From: Candidatus Oxydemutatoraceae bacterium
Lineage (GTDB): Bacteria > Pseudomonadota > Gammaproteobacteria > Poriferisulfidales > Oxydemutatoraceae
Direction of reading: 5' to 3'
Length of the DNA stretch: 64,000 bases
Assembly (NCBI GenBank): GCA_965218975.1
Contig: OZ244717.1
Location: forward strand, 960,001 to 1,024,000
Of the stretch, positions 24,581 through 28,899 are shown piece by piece. Both the position numbers and the translations under genes were made by a program. The notes beneath the pieces were generated by a model. That model was not told the origin of the DNA. It searched no databases and was given only the letters and a program-made list of their open reading frames with translations. The number at the start of each line of letters is the position of its first letter. The stretch's first letter is position 1.

Positions 24581-26878
24581 AAGGATGTCGTGCCCGGTGC
24601 GCCGGCGAATTTGGCAGCCGAGGCGGGCGACACACAGGCGGTCCTAAGTTGGGACGTACCTGCCGATTCCGGCACTGCGCCGATCGACCGCTACGAATAT
24701 CGCGTGAGTGCCGACGGCGGGAATATTTGGGATCCGGACTGGACGGCCGCCGGTGATGCGACGAGCGAAGTCGGAACTCAAATCGTATCGAACTTAGTCA
24801 ACGGCACGGAATACACATTTGAAGTGCGTGCGGTCAGTGCGGCGGGCAACAGCGCAGCCGCACGCATCACGGCAACACCGATAGTTGATGATACAGGGGC
24901 TAGCCTAACTTTACGCCGCATAGGCGACAAAAATGGCTATGATTTGATTGCCGATGTGCTCGCAAACGCCGAGGTGTCGGCAGACGGCAGTTTTGAAGTG
25001 GCGGTAGGTTCCGACATCGTATCGTGCACCGGTTGTGATAGCTTGGAAGCGTTTACAGCCTGCGAGGATACAAGCGAATTATGCGAGCTTGACTTCGATG
25101 ATGAAAATCGGCGGCTATTTTTGCAGCAATTGGGCTTTACCGCAGTGATTTGGCGTGCGAAAGATGCAAACGGTAATATTTTCACCGGCGATGCTGAAAT
25201 TACAGATTATGACATTGACGGCAGTTTGGAAGGTGTCGCATTTGCTCAACTATTTTATGTCGCACCGATTGTAGGTCTTGCGAATCGGAGTCAATATATC
25301 CCTCAAGACAGCAGTTCGACGATTACGATTGAGATTGATGTCCGGCCTGCCGAACTCGAACTTGGGCTTAAGGTAAAAGACTTTTCTGTAGAAGGAACAT
25401 TGCCAACATTGCCTCCTTGGACTTTCACTTCTATGCCTCTAGCTGTAATAGCGGATGGCGCTGCGTTAGAAGATGGCAATAGCGCGACAATCAGGCTGCT
25501 TGAGAACGACCTGAGTATGGATAGCGAAATGCCGGGTCTCCCGACGCTGTCTAATCCGGGAAGCGAAACTGATATTATGGTGGTCTATAACGATCCTTCC
25601 ACACGTTTTTATACTGTAACTCGTAGTTCATTTATAGTTCGCGAACTTGACGTGCCGGCTTCATTCGGATTCAGGGTTCCGTTTAGAGTATTGGCTCTGG
25701 TCGATAATGAGGAAAGACGTTATGTGAAAGTGTCGGAGTTGGCTGATCAGGGCTTAACGTTCAAATCAACTCCGGCGGAGACTGGTGTACTCGTACGAGG
25801 CGAGTGGACGGTTAACATCATTGACGACTTGACGAATCCCGAGAGCGAGGCCTTTGAGATTCCGGCCTGTCCGGACGACACCACCGAGTGTTCGGTTATG
25901 GGTAATTTCCCCCCAACAGAAGAAACTCCTCTGGTTATAAGAGGTGTCTTTGCGGGCGCCGGTTTTGATGCGAATAGTAGTGAGAGATTGACGACGACAA
26001 TAACACAAACAATATACGTCAATATCGTTGATGATCAATTATTGCCGGATAGGATAGACGATCTGGACGTTGACGGAGTTCGAGATGTCTATGCGGCTGG
26101 TGATGATAGCGCGATGAGCAATGTGAAGTTTAACAGAGATAATAGAGAGTTTCTTTATGCCGGAGATGAGACGGAGAACGATAGAGGGTTGACTTTAATT
26201 ATTACCACAGGGGACGGTAAAGATGGCGAGGAGGACGGTTCAGCCATTCAAAAACCCGCTGTAGGTCTATTTTCAGTGGTAGTAAGGTCGGTGACGGAAA
26301 ATGCAATGCCTCATTGGTCTGCGTTGATTGCCGAGAGCGAGGAGGATGCCGAAATAATAGGGATTGGCACACCACCGGCCTACGCAGGCAGCGGTATCTA
26401 TGATTTTGAAGTAATTTTTGATGTGGATAACTTTGACTTGCAAGCGCGGGTGGTTATTCCGCAACGTGAACCTATAGCCGAAGGCTCGGTCTATTACGAA
26501 TATATCAATGGCGATTGGTGGGAGATTGATATGTCCGAAGCCGATCGTACCTATTCGGCGCCGAGGACTTCAGACAATCCTTGCCCAAGTCCCGATGCTA
26601 TAGCGTATTGGACGCCGGGTCTCAATGCGGGCCATCGCTGTGTGCTGCTGGAGGTCACAGATGGCGGGTTGAATGATGCCGATAGTGAAGCAAACGGCAT
26701 TGTTGCAAATACGGGTGCGATCGGCGGTAGCAGTGTCGTCGTCGATAGACGGCGTGGTGGCGGCGGCGGTGCGGTCGGCTTATGGTTCATACTGTTAATG
26801 CTTGCATCCGTTGCTGCGAGCCGTCGCGTCTGCTTTCCTCATCGCAGCGGAGCATCAGGGAAAGTTCGCGGTATATAA
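2..26878 (+). CDS. Giant repetitive surface adhesin (cadherin-like + Calx-beta-like + FN3 repeats, C-terminal choice-of-anchor-U-like domain and GlyGly-CTERM); 5' end lies outside the window
   Basis: Frame is open from base 2 (GAG GTG CGG...), so the GTG at 5 is an internal codon of a repeat. Cadherin-like motifs (APVF..FEVNEG, GELSF.TAPDYENPADAD.DNVY); Calx-beta-like motifs (DGSA...EDY, ETEE.FSV, ATVTIIDDD); four FN3-like units (VPGAP..L.A.AG..LSW...YEYR...YTFEVRAVSAAGNG) near 9950, 11980, 13115 and 24590. D/E/T/V/A-rich. Confidence 0.9.
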   Translation, partial: EVRVVDVNVAPVFSSMPSFEVNEGETVVGTVTAEDANPQDEAMYSITGGADETLFTIDDPSSGELSFVTAPDYENPADADTDNVYMLIVTAAGGTDARALTTTQGITVTVLDVPTTVTITVAEPMVTEGEPAVFTFSRTDATDAPALTVNITIDATDEVLADAAPGMVTFDAGSARTVLSLATVIDEAFGVRTVMVTVNDGMGYEVGIENSAEVRVIDVNVAPVFSSAESFEVNEGETVVGTVTAADANIEDEVMYSVTNGADQDQFTIDPSSGELSFATAPDFENPADADTDNVYMLIVTAAGGTDARALTTTQAIMVTVLDVATTITITAEDPTVTEGEPAVFTFTRTDATDALALTVNITVDDSGGVLADAAPDTITFAADSATTALNLATIDDTLEEDDSTVTVTVNDGVDYAVGIENSAEVRVNDNDGPFTISFDPTEYTVNEGRTAVVMIRLSGERPRRGNINVDVTASDGSAVFIEDYGLRSSGLIFFPTVMLRSERFTTIDNAVVETEEIFSVRLRDVMASDPADEVVIGQGEATVTIIDDDLPPIWSLDMLPSSVSESRDTAVPIVMRRMRDLLDRGYPLTLELGGTATFGEDYVITDMDDNPFALPLTFPAPYIADDVFDLRTDKTVEFGLVITDDAVFEGAETIELRLTTTDPDVTIGSDTTQTITIIDNDAVPVLSLTVGATAINEGALTDIEVGITNESVYAEDQTITLEFAGDAMPEDDYTVMVGDSPLSSPYELTLPAGLSSVTATIMATDDMTAEGNETITLTARHEGDTIGEETITIIDDDAAPELDLSVSETTIDEGALTDIEVGITNESVYAEDQTITLEFAGEATPEDDYTVMVGGSLLSSPYQVILPAGSSSVSAMIMALIDDMTAEGNETIMITARHEGEMIGEVTITIIDNTAPVFSDAVSFAVDEGQTTVGVVTAEDANPQDEAMYLITGGADEALFTIDDPSSGELSFVTAPDFENAADADTDNVYMLIVTAIGGTDARALTTTQEITVTVLDVPTTVTITAAEPTVTEGEPVMFTFERTDATDAPALTVNITIDATDEVLADVAPGMVTFDAGSARTVLSLATVIDEAFGVRTVMVTVNDGVGYEVGIENSAEVRVIDVNVAPVFSSAESFEVNEGQTAIGTVTAADANIEDEVTYSVTGGADDALFAIDSSSGELSFVTAPDYENPADADEDNNYMLIVTAAGGTDARALTTTQAITVTVLDVPTTITITAEDPTVTEGEPAVFTFSRTDATDALALTVNITVDDSGGVLADAAPDTITFAADSATTALSLATDDDTLEEDDSTVTVTVIGGMDYAVGIENSAEVRVNDNDVNVAPAFISAASFEVNEGETVVGTVTAEDANRQDEVTYSVTGGADDALFDIDSSSGELIFTTAPDYENPADVDTDNVYMLIVTAAGGTDARALTTTQAITVAVLDVPTTITITAAEPMVTEGEPAVFVFERTDATDVPNLFVNITVVATDEVLADAAPGMVTFDAGSTTTVLSLATVIDEMIGDRTVTVTVNDGVDYAVGIENSAEVRVVDVNVAPVFSSMPSFEVNEGETVVGTVTAEDANPQDEAMYSITGGADETLFTIDDPSSGELSFVTAPDFENAADADADNVYMLIVTAIGGTDARALTTTQEITVTVLDVATTITITADKAEVTEGELAVFTFSRTDATDALALTVNITVDDPAGALATALPGMVTFDAGSARTVLSLATVIDEAFGVRTVMVTVNDGMGYEVGIENSAEVRVIDVNVAPVFSSAESFEVDEGETVVGTVTAADANIEDEVMYSVTNGADQDQFTIDPSSGELSFATAPDFENAADADTDNVYMLIVTAAGGTDARALTTTQEIAVTVLDVATTITITAEDPTVTEGEPAVFTFTRTDATDALALTVNITVDDSGGVLADAAPDTITFDADSATTVLNLATIDDTLEEDDSTVTVTVNDGVDYAVGIENSAEVRVNDNDGPLTISFVTTEYMVNESDREVRFELRLSDERPLRGNINVGLTARDGSAVLTEDYSPRGSITIYTPGSVLLRSAQYFIIDDDVFETEEFFSLRISGVTTFHSDDEVVIGQGRVATVTIIDDDLPPIWSLDMLPSSVSESRDTAVPIVMRRMRDLLDRGYPLTLELGGTATFGEDYVITDMDDNSFALPLTFPAPYIADDVFDLRTDKTVEFRLVITDDAVFEGAETIELRLTTTDPDVTIGSDTTQTITIIDNDAVPVLSLTVGATAINEGALTDIEVGITNESVYAEDQTITLEFAGDAMPEDDYTVMVGDSPLSSPYVLTLPAGLSSVTATIMATDDMTAEGNETITLTARHEGDTIGEETITIIDDDAAPELDLSVSETTIDEGALTDIEVGITNESVYAEDQTITLEFAGEATPEDDYTVMVGGSLLSSPYQVILPAGSSSVSAMIMALIDDMMAEGNETIMITARHEGEMIGEVTITIIDNTAPVFSDAVSFEVDEGQTTVGVVTAEDANPQDEAMYLITGGADEALFTIDDPSSGELSFVTAPDFENAADADTDNVYMLIVTAIGGTDARALTTTQEITVTVLDVPTTVTITAAEPTVTEGEPVMFTFERTDATDAPALTVNITIDATDEVLADVAPGMVTFDAGSARTVLSLATVIDEAFGVRTVMVTVNDGVGYEVGIENSAEVRVIDVNVAPVFSDAESFEVNEGQTAIGTVTAADANIEDEVMYSVTGGADDALFAIDSSSGELSFATAPDYENPADADEDNNYMLIVTAAGGTDARALTTTQAITVTVLDVPTTITITAEDPTVTEGEPAVFTFSRTDATDALALTVNITVDDSGGVLADAAPDTITFAADSATTALSLATDDDTLEEDDSTVTVTVIGGMDYAVGIENSAEVRVNDNDVNVAPAFISAASFEVNEGETVVGTVTAEDANRQDEVTYSVTGGADDALFDIDSSSGELIFTTAPDYENPADVDTDNVYMLIVTAAGGTDARALTTTQAITVTVLDVATTITITADEPMVTEGELAVFTFSRTDATDAPVLAVNITVDDPDGVLAAAAPEMVTFAAGSATAELSLATDDDMLEEDDSVVTVTIIDGADYRIGIGNSASVRVVDDDVNVAPVFSSMPSFEVNEGETVVGTVTAADANPQDEVTYSVTGGADDALFDIDSSSGELSFVTAPDFENAADADTDNVYMLIVTAIGGTDARALTTTQEITVTVLDVPTTITITAAEPMVTEGESAVFTFSRTDATDASDLFVFFTVVESGEVLAAPTPPALSFGAASETVMLSVATIDDALEEDDSTVTVTVGVDDTGFYEVGIENSASVRVVDNDDVPGVPMNLTAGAGNTQVALSWEAPADSGTSPIERYEYRASSDAGTIGDQEWNAAGDATGEVRTQIVSSLSNDTEYTFEVRAVSAAGNGAAAQIMATPSSETAVFTLTFDPSEYTLTESDQRVTLTLRLIGEERALQDDVTVTVSTRDGSAVTPQDYVAIENATVVFEREEGVTELTQTVTVQIVNDIVFELDDEIFSVVINDVTAAASSDTVVIDQGEATVTIVDDGDTPIWVLDRLPSSVGESTGTVSIEMENMNVHPVSRGYSLTLELGGTATFGDDYVITDIDGNPLASPPTFDVAQDQTMLEARLIITDDRVFEGEETIEIRLSTTEPKVGIGDATTQTIILIDNDAVPELDLSVSAVTIDEGESIDITLEITNESVFAEDQTITLEFFGTATPGDDYTVSVAGAPLSSPYELTLTAGESALNATIMALIDDMTAEGDETITLTARHDDDTIGAETITIIDNEAPVFISAASFEVEEGLIVVGMVTAVDANPQDEVMYSITGSADDTLFDIEPSSGELSFTTAPDFENAADADGDNAYMLTVAAIGGTGDRALTTMQVITVEVLDADDSLPVITIAAVEPMVTEGEVAVFVLNRTTPTDAELVDVRVMITDDADGSSMVTFNAGSTTAVFSLSTDDDLLDEADGVVTVTIIDGVGYRIGIENSASVRVVDNDAVPGAPAELAAAAGDTHAVLSWDAPADPGTAPINHYEYRASSDVGTIEAQEWNVAGDATSEVRTQIVTDLTNDTEYTFEVRTVSAAGNGAAAQVTATPSSATAVFILTFDSSEYTVNESDREVTLTLKLSSAGRAPQDKVTVFVSTRDGSAIASASEDYVALNNEEVVFSSEAGVTELLQTVTIRIVDDIIFEPDDEVFSVVISDDVTAAHSGDTVVIDRSRSETTVTIVDDGVGPRWDYLQELPSTVNESTAMNTVSIRLGQREGLFDGIYTIMLEVGGTATFGEDYIIEFVSGTNIGSRTLPFTEGDRLMRPIEFMDGRDDEGSIHIRELMLRLVVTDDTVYEADETIELRLSVTGHPAATVSDDTTQTITLIDNDAVPGAPAELAAAAGDTHAVLSWNAPADPGTSPIDHYEYRTSSDAGTIEAQEWNAAGDATSEVRTQIVTDLTNDTEYTFEVRAVSAAGNGAAAQVTATPSSATAVFILTFDPTEYPVKESDREVTLTLRLSSVGRAPQDAVTMTFSVHDGSAVTPEDYTSALDNMEVVFSPEAGVTELLQTVTIRIVNDIFFEPDDEVFSVVIDDVTAAHSDDTVVIDRGRSEATVTILDDGLAPIWNLQELPSIVNESTAMDTVSIVLENEGRGLVEFYTIMLEVGGTATFGEDYIIEFVNAFILTGSAAMPFTEGELLMRPIEIRDGPAINLRALSFRLVVTDDTVYEADETIELRLSVTGHPAATVSDDTTQTITLIDNDTTPVLSLSVSATVIDEGESVDITVMTTATGSVYAEDQTIALEFTGDAMPEDDYTVSVDGSSLSSPYELTLPAGASSVTATITVTDDTEIEADETIILTARHEGDTIGEETIMITDNDADVVTFTASFDPTEYTVNESDGQVELTFTLIGEGRGPRGNVDVTVVTSDDSAVASEDYIRRSFTITFGTGGSSQVANTMIRIVDDMAVETEESFSVIIIGVTAIHEDDMAMIGQGEATVTIVDNDDAPELVLSVSTTTIDEGASVDITIEITSEELTTESVFAEDQTITLEFTGDAMPEDDYTVSVDGSPLLPPYELTLAAGEFAVSATIMALIDDMTAEGDETIMITARHGDDTIGEETITIIDNVAPVFTSLESFEVNEGQTAVGTMTAEDANPQDEVRYSVTGSADDALFTIDSSSGELSFTTAPDFENPVDTDNVYMLTVTAIGGTDARALTTTQAITVTVLDVVTTITITADEAEVTEGESAVFVFERTDATDAPVLAVNITVDDPDGVLAAAAPEMVTFDAGSATAELSLATDDDTLEEDDGVVTVTIIDGADYRIGIENSASVRVVDDDVNMAPVFSSSENFEVNEGQTVVGTVTAEDANIEDEVTYSITGDGADDALFDIDSSSGELIFTTAPDYENPVDADEDNNYMLTVTASGGTDARALTTTQAITVTVLDVATTITITAAEPTVTEGEPAVFTFSRTDATDAPTLTVNITIDATDEVLADVAPGMVTFDAGSTTTVLSLATVIDEAFGVRTVTVTVNDGVDYEVGIENSAEVRVIDVNVAPVFSEPVSFDIDESLTVVGTVTAEDANIEDEVMYSVTGGADDALFDVDSSSGELSFTTAPDYENPADADTDNVYMLIVTAAGGTDARALTTTQGITVTVLDVPTTVTITADKAEVTEGEPAVFTFSRTDATDAPALTVNITIDATDEVLADAAPGMVTFDAGSARTVLSLATVIDEAFGVRTVMVTVNDGMGYEVGIENSAEVRVIDVNVAPVFSSAESFAVNEGETVVGTVTAADANIEDEVTYSVTNGADQDQFTIDPSSGELSFTTAPDFENAADADTDNVYMLIVTAAGGTDARALTTTQEIAVTVLDVATTITITAEDPTVTEGEPAVFTFSRTDATDALALTVNITVDDSGGVLADAAPDTITFDADSATTVLNLATIDDTLEEDDSTVTVTVNDGVGYIGGMDAVGIENSAEVRVNDNDGPLTISFVTTEYMVNESDREVRFELRLSDERPLRGNINVGLTARDGSAVLTEDYSPRGSITIYTPGSVLLRSAQYFIIDDDVFETEEFFSLRISGVTTFHSDDEVVIGQGRVATVTIIDDDLPPIWSLDMLPSSVSESRDTAVPIVMRRMRDLLDRGYPLTLELGGTATFGEDYVITDMDDNSFALPLTFPAPYIADDVFDLRTDKTVEFRLVITDDAVFEGAETIELRLTTTDPDVTIGSDTTQTITIIDNDAVPVLSLTVGATAINEGALTDIEVGITNESVYAEDQTITLEFAGDAMPEDDYTVMVGDSPLSSPYELTLPAGLSSVTATIMATDDMTAEGNETITLTARHGDDTIGEEMITIIDDDAAPELDLSVSETTIDEGASGDITLAITNESVFAENQTITLEFDGEATPEDDYTVMVGGSLLSSPYQVILPAGSSSVSAMIMALIDDMTAEGNETIRITARHEGDTIGEETITIIDNVAPVFSDAVSFEVDEGQTTVGVVTAEDANPQDEAMYSITGGADDALFDIDSSSGELSFATAPDFENAADADTDNVYVLTVTAIGGTDARALTTTQEITVTVLDVPTTITITAAEPTITEGESAVFTFSRTDATDAPALTVNITIDDPAGALATALPGMVTFDAGSARTVLSLATVIDEAFGVRTVMVTVNDGMGYEVGIENSAEVRVIDVNVAPVFSSAESFEVNEGETVVGTVTAEDANIEDEVTYSITNGADQDQFTIDSSSGELSFATTPDFENPADADGDNAYMLTVAAIGGTDARALTTTQAIMVTVLDVPTTITITAEDPTVTEGEPAVFTFSRTEATDAPALTVNITVDDSGGVLADAAPDTITFAADSATTALSLATGDDTLEEDDSTVTVTVNDGVDYAVGIENSAEVRVNDNDGPFTISFVQSEYTFNERNSVVVMIRLSGERPLRGAVSATISTMEGSALHPEDYTLVNSRFSFGPSDSIPALRSESLSRVNDAIFETEEFFSVRIRSVMASDPADEVVIGQGEATITIIDNDSPPIWSLDMLPSSVSESRDTAVPIVMKRMRDLLDRGYPLTLELEGTATFGEDYVITDMDDNSFALPLTFPAPYIADDVFDLRTDKTVEFRLVITDDAVFEGAETIELRLTTTDPDVTIGSDTTQTITIIDNDAVPVLDLSVSATTIEEGASVDITVMTNESVYAEDQTITLEFAGDAMPEDDYTVMVGDSPLSSPYELTLPAGLSSVTATIMATDDRADEANETITLTARHEGDTIGEETITIIDDDAAPELDLSVSETTIDEGASGDIEVGITNESVFAENQTITLEFAGEATPEDDYTVMVVGSLLSSPYQVILPAGSSSVTATIMALIDDMTAEGDETIRITARHEGDTIGEETITIIDNVAPAFTSAASFEVNEGQTVVGTVTAEDANIEDEVTYSITGDGADDALFVIDSSSGELSFATAPDFENAADADTDNVYVLTVTAIGGTDARALTMTQAITVRVLDLPVITIAAVEPMVTEGEPAVFVFEGTDESDLFVFFTVVESGEVLAAPTPFGISFGPASETVMLSVATIDDTLEEDDSTVTVTIGVDDMGFYEVGIENSASVRVIDNDANVAPAFTSAASFEVNEGETVVGTVTAADANIEDEVTYSITNGADDALFDINPSSGELSFTTAPDYENPTDADTNNVYMLIVTATGGTDARALTTTQEIEVTVLDVPTTITITADEAEVIEGEPAMFTLSRTDATDASALTVNITVDDPAGALVDAAPSTVTFDAGSATTMLSLATVIDDTFGVRMVTVTVDAGVDYEVGIENSAEVRVVDVNVAPVFSSSESFAVNEGETVVGTVTAADANIEDEVTYSITNGADDALFDINPSSGELSFTTAPDYENPTDADTNNVYMLIVTATGGTDARALTTTQEIEVTVLDVPTTITITADEAEVIEGEPAMFTLSRTDATDASALTVNITVDDPAGALVDAAPSTVTFDAGSATTMLSLATVIDDTFGVRMVTVTVDAGVDYEVGIENSAEVRVVDVNVAPVFSSSESFAVNEGQTVVGMVTAEDANIEDEVTYSVTGGADETLFAIDDPSSGELRFTTAPNYENPTDADTNNVYMLIVTATGGTDARALTTTQEIEVTVLDVPTTITITADEAEVTEGEPAMFTLSRTDATDAPTLTVNITVDATVGVLATAAPSTVTFDAGSATAVLSLATVIDDTFGVRTVTVTVNDGVDYEVGIENSAEVRVVDKDVVPGAPANLAAEAGDTQAVLSWDVPADSGTAPIDRYEYRVSADGGNIWDPDWTAAGDATSEVGTQIVSNLVNGTEYTFEVRAVSAAGNSAAARITATPIVDDTGASLTLRRIGDKNGYDLIADVLANAEVSADGSFEVAVGSDIVSCTGCDSLEAFTACEDTSELCELDFDDENRRLFLQQLGFTAVIWRAKDANGNIFTGDAEITDYDIDGSLEGVAFAQLFYVAPIVGLANRSQYIPQDSSSTITIEIDVRPAELELGLKVKDFSVEGTLPTLPPWTFTSMPLAVIADGAALEDGNSATIRLLENDLSMDSEMPGLPTLSNPGSETDIMVVYNDPSTRFYTVTRSSFIVRELDVPASFGFRVPFRVLALVDNEERRYVKVSELADQGLTFKSTPAETGVLVRGEWTVNIIDDLTNPESEAFEIPACPDDTTECSVMGNFPPTEETPLVIRGVFAGAGFDANSSERLTTTITQTIYVNIVDDQLLPDRIDDLDVDGVRDVYAAGDDSAMSNVKFNRDNREFLYAGDETENDRGLTLIITTGDGKDGEEDGSAIQKPAVGLFSVVVRSVTENAMPHWSALIAESEEDAEIIGIGTPPAYAGSGIYDFEVIFDVDNFDLQARVVIPQREPIAEGSVYYEYINGDWWEIDMSEADRTYSAPRTSDNPCPSPDAIAYWTPGLNAGHRCVLLEVTDGGLNDADSEANGIVANTGAIGGSSVVVDRRRGGGGGAVGLWFILLMLASVAASRRVCFPHRSGASGKVRGI
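26390..26827 (+). other. C-terminal choice-of-anchor-U-like domain followed by a GlyGly-CTERM (rhombosortase) sorting signal
   Basis: ...HRCVLLEVTDGGLNDADSEANGIVANTGAIG, then RRRGGGGGAVGLWFILLMLASVAASRR: Gly run, hydrophobic helix, basic residues. Confidence 0.8.
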
Positions 26879-26886
26879 CGAGTTTT

Positions 26887-26919
26887 CTTAGAAAAATATA
26901 AAGCGAGGTTTTTTCTAAG
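26887..26919. terminator. Inverted repeat between the adhesin and kdkA (possible terminator or protein-binding site)
   Basis: CTTAGAAAAA (26887-26896) and TTTTTCTAAG (26910-26919), a perfect 10-bp AT-rich stem with a 13-nt loop. No classic GC stem plus U tract. Confidence 0.3.
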
Positions 26920-26930
26920 CGCTATATACA

Positions 26931-27650
26931 ATGCCCGGCAAGATTATTCGGAAAAACCATACGCATGTTTTATATGCCCCTGATGTTCTTAAACACATTG
27001 ATGTTATAGATTGGTTTGAATCGGCGGCGGCAACCGAAGCTTCTATTGATCTTCCGGATATCGCAAGCGGTCGCGTAGCGGTGCGTTTTTTCCATTTATA
27101 CGGAATAGAGCTTGTGTTAAAACAATATATCCGCGGCGGTTTCATTACACATTTTTCGCATAATCATTACTTATATCTCGGCGAATGGGCGGTACGTTCG
27201 TTTTCGGAATGGTATTTGCTTGATAGTTTATTTCGCCGGAAATTACCGGTACCGCGTCCGGTAGCGGCGCGCTATCGGCGCGAGGGGCGGGTTTACACTG
27301 CGGAACTCATTACCGTCAGTTGTCGTCCCGCAAAGCCTCTTTCTAGATTACTGACTCAACGAAGTTTAGCGGTAGAAGAATGGTTGCTAATCGGTAGCAC
27401 AATTAAGTCTTTCCATCGGGCGGGAGTTTATCACGCCGATTTGAATGCGCATAATATCCTTCTTAATACGAACAAGCAGTGCTTCCTGATTGATTTTGAC
27501 CGTGGCGCTCGACGTAGGATGGCGCATTATTGGCACATCCAAATGTTGAATCGTCTGCATCAGTCTCTACGAAAACTAAACCGGACAGTTAAAGGTTTTC
27601 ACTTCGGCACAAAAGATTGGAAAAACTTAATGCGGGGGTATATCCAATGA
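26931..27650 (+). CDS. kdkA: 3-deoxy-D-manno-octulosonic acid (Kdo) kinase
   Basis: Motifs YIRGG, LPVPRPVAAR, FHRAGVYHADLNAHNILL, LIDFDRG; 239 aa; convergent with waaA. Confidence 0.92.
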   Translation: MPGKIIRKNHTHVLYAPDVLKHIDVIDWFESAAATEASIDLPDIASGRVAVRFFHLYGIELVLKQYIRGGFITHFSHNHYLYLGEWAVRSFSEWYLLDSLFRRKLPVPRPVAARYRREGRVYTAELITVSCRPAKPLSRLLTQRSLAVEEWLLIGSTIKSFHRAGVYHADLNAHNILLNTNKQCFLIDFDRGARRRMAHYWHIQMLNRLHQSLRKLNRTVKGFHFGTKDWKNLMRGYIQ

Positions 27651-27654
27651 AACG

Positions 27655-28899
27655 TTATCGTATACGATCCGAGAGTACGGCAAGGTATCTCTTCAATATA
27701 TCACGGCGCTCCCGCAAATGCCGTATGGCATTGTCTGCCATAGTCCGATAGCGTTGAGGACCTGAGCAATAATTTTTCAGAGCTTGGGTGAGCGCGATTT
27801 GATCGGCAACGATTTCAATGCCGTCGTTTTCTTTGAGTGCCTGAACTTCCGCAGAAAAATTTTGCGTGAACTGTCCGGTGATTTGCGGGACCCCTAAAGT
27901 TGCTGGTTCCAAAACGTTGTGTCCGCCAACTTTAACTAAGGACCCTCCGGTAAAGACGAGTTTTGCGTATGCGATCCATTGCGGTAATTCACCGATAGTA
28001 TTGACGATATAGATTTTAGTATCTTTATGCAGGTTTACCGGTCCGCTGCGCAGCTGTAGTCCGATATGCTTGGCTTTGCGTAATCGGCGCAAAATCATTT
28101 TGCCGCGTTCAGGATGGCGCGGCACGATAACAAGCAGTTGCGGCATACGCGCTTTCCGCCAAGCTTCCGCGATTTGCAGTTCTTCATCTCCGTGGGTTGA
28201 AGCGGCAAGGATATAATCACATGTCAGCAAAGGTTTCTGTCGTTGCGGGTACTTTGCCGCATACTTAAGATTGCCGATGATACTGATTTTCTTCGGATCG
28301 GCGCCTAACGCACGGTAAGCGCCCGCATCGGTCTGCGTGCGAGTATAAATATGTGCAACTCCGGAAAGACTTTTTCGATAATAGCTTGTCAGCCAATGCC
28401 GATGTGTCAGAGTCTTTTCGGAAAGCCGCGCATTCAGTAAAAAAATCGGTATTTCCATCTTTCGGCATTCGTTAAATAAATTAAACCATAGTTCTGTTTC
28501 CATAATTAACGCGCAGCGTGGGCGCAGCGCTGTGAGGAAGCGGCGGCAGCCGCTCGGATAATCAAGCGGCAGATAGCAATGGCGGATATTATCGACCGCT
28601 TGTTTCTTTATCAAGCGGCTCGCAGTCGGTGTGTTGCTGGTAATGATGATAGAGTCGTTCGGATGATGTTCGAGCCACGCGTGAATAAGCGGTAGTGCGG
28701 TATTAGTTTCACCCACCGAGGCGCAATGAAACCATAGCGGGCGGCTTGCGCTCCTTCTTGAGCGATGAAAATAAGCAAAGCGTTGCAGAAAATAACGTAC
28801 GCAACGATAACGCCATGCCACAGTGGCCGTATAGACTGTGATAACCGGAAATATCACCCACAACAATAATCGGTAAGCGCCGATAGAAGGGCGGAACAT
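27655..28899 (-). CDS. waaA: Kdo transferase
   Basis: WFHCASVGE, YLPLD, METELW, NARLS, GNLKY, AASTH, VPRHPER, GGSL...GGHNVLEPA. Confidence 0.95.
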   Translation of the reverse strand: MFRPSIGAYRLLLWVIFPVITVYTATVAWRYRCVRYFLQRFAYFHRSRRSASRPLWFHCASVGETNTALPLIHAWLEHHPNDSIIITSNTPTASRLIKKQAVDNIRHCYLPLDYPSGCRRFLTALRPRCALIMETELWFNLFNECRKMEIPIFLLNARLSEKTLTHRHWLTSYYRKSLSGVAHIYTRTQTDAGAYRALGADPKKISIIGNLKYAAKYPQRQKPLLTCDYILAASTHGDEELQIAEAWRKARMPQLLVIVPRHPERGKMILRRLRKAKHIGLQLRSGPVNLHKDTKIYIVNTIGELPQWIAYAKLVFTGGSLVKVGGHNVLEPATLGVPQITGQFTQNFSAEVQALKENDGIEIVADQIALTQALKNYCSGPQRYRTMADNAIRHLRERRDILKRYLAVLSDRIR

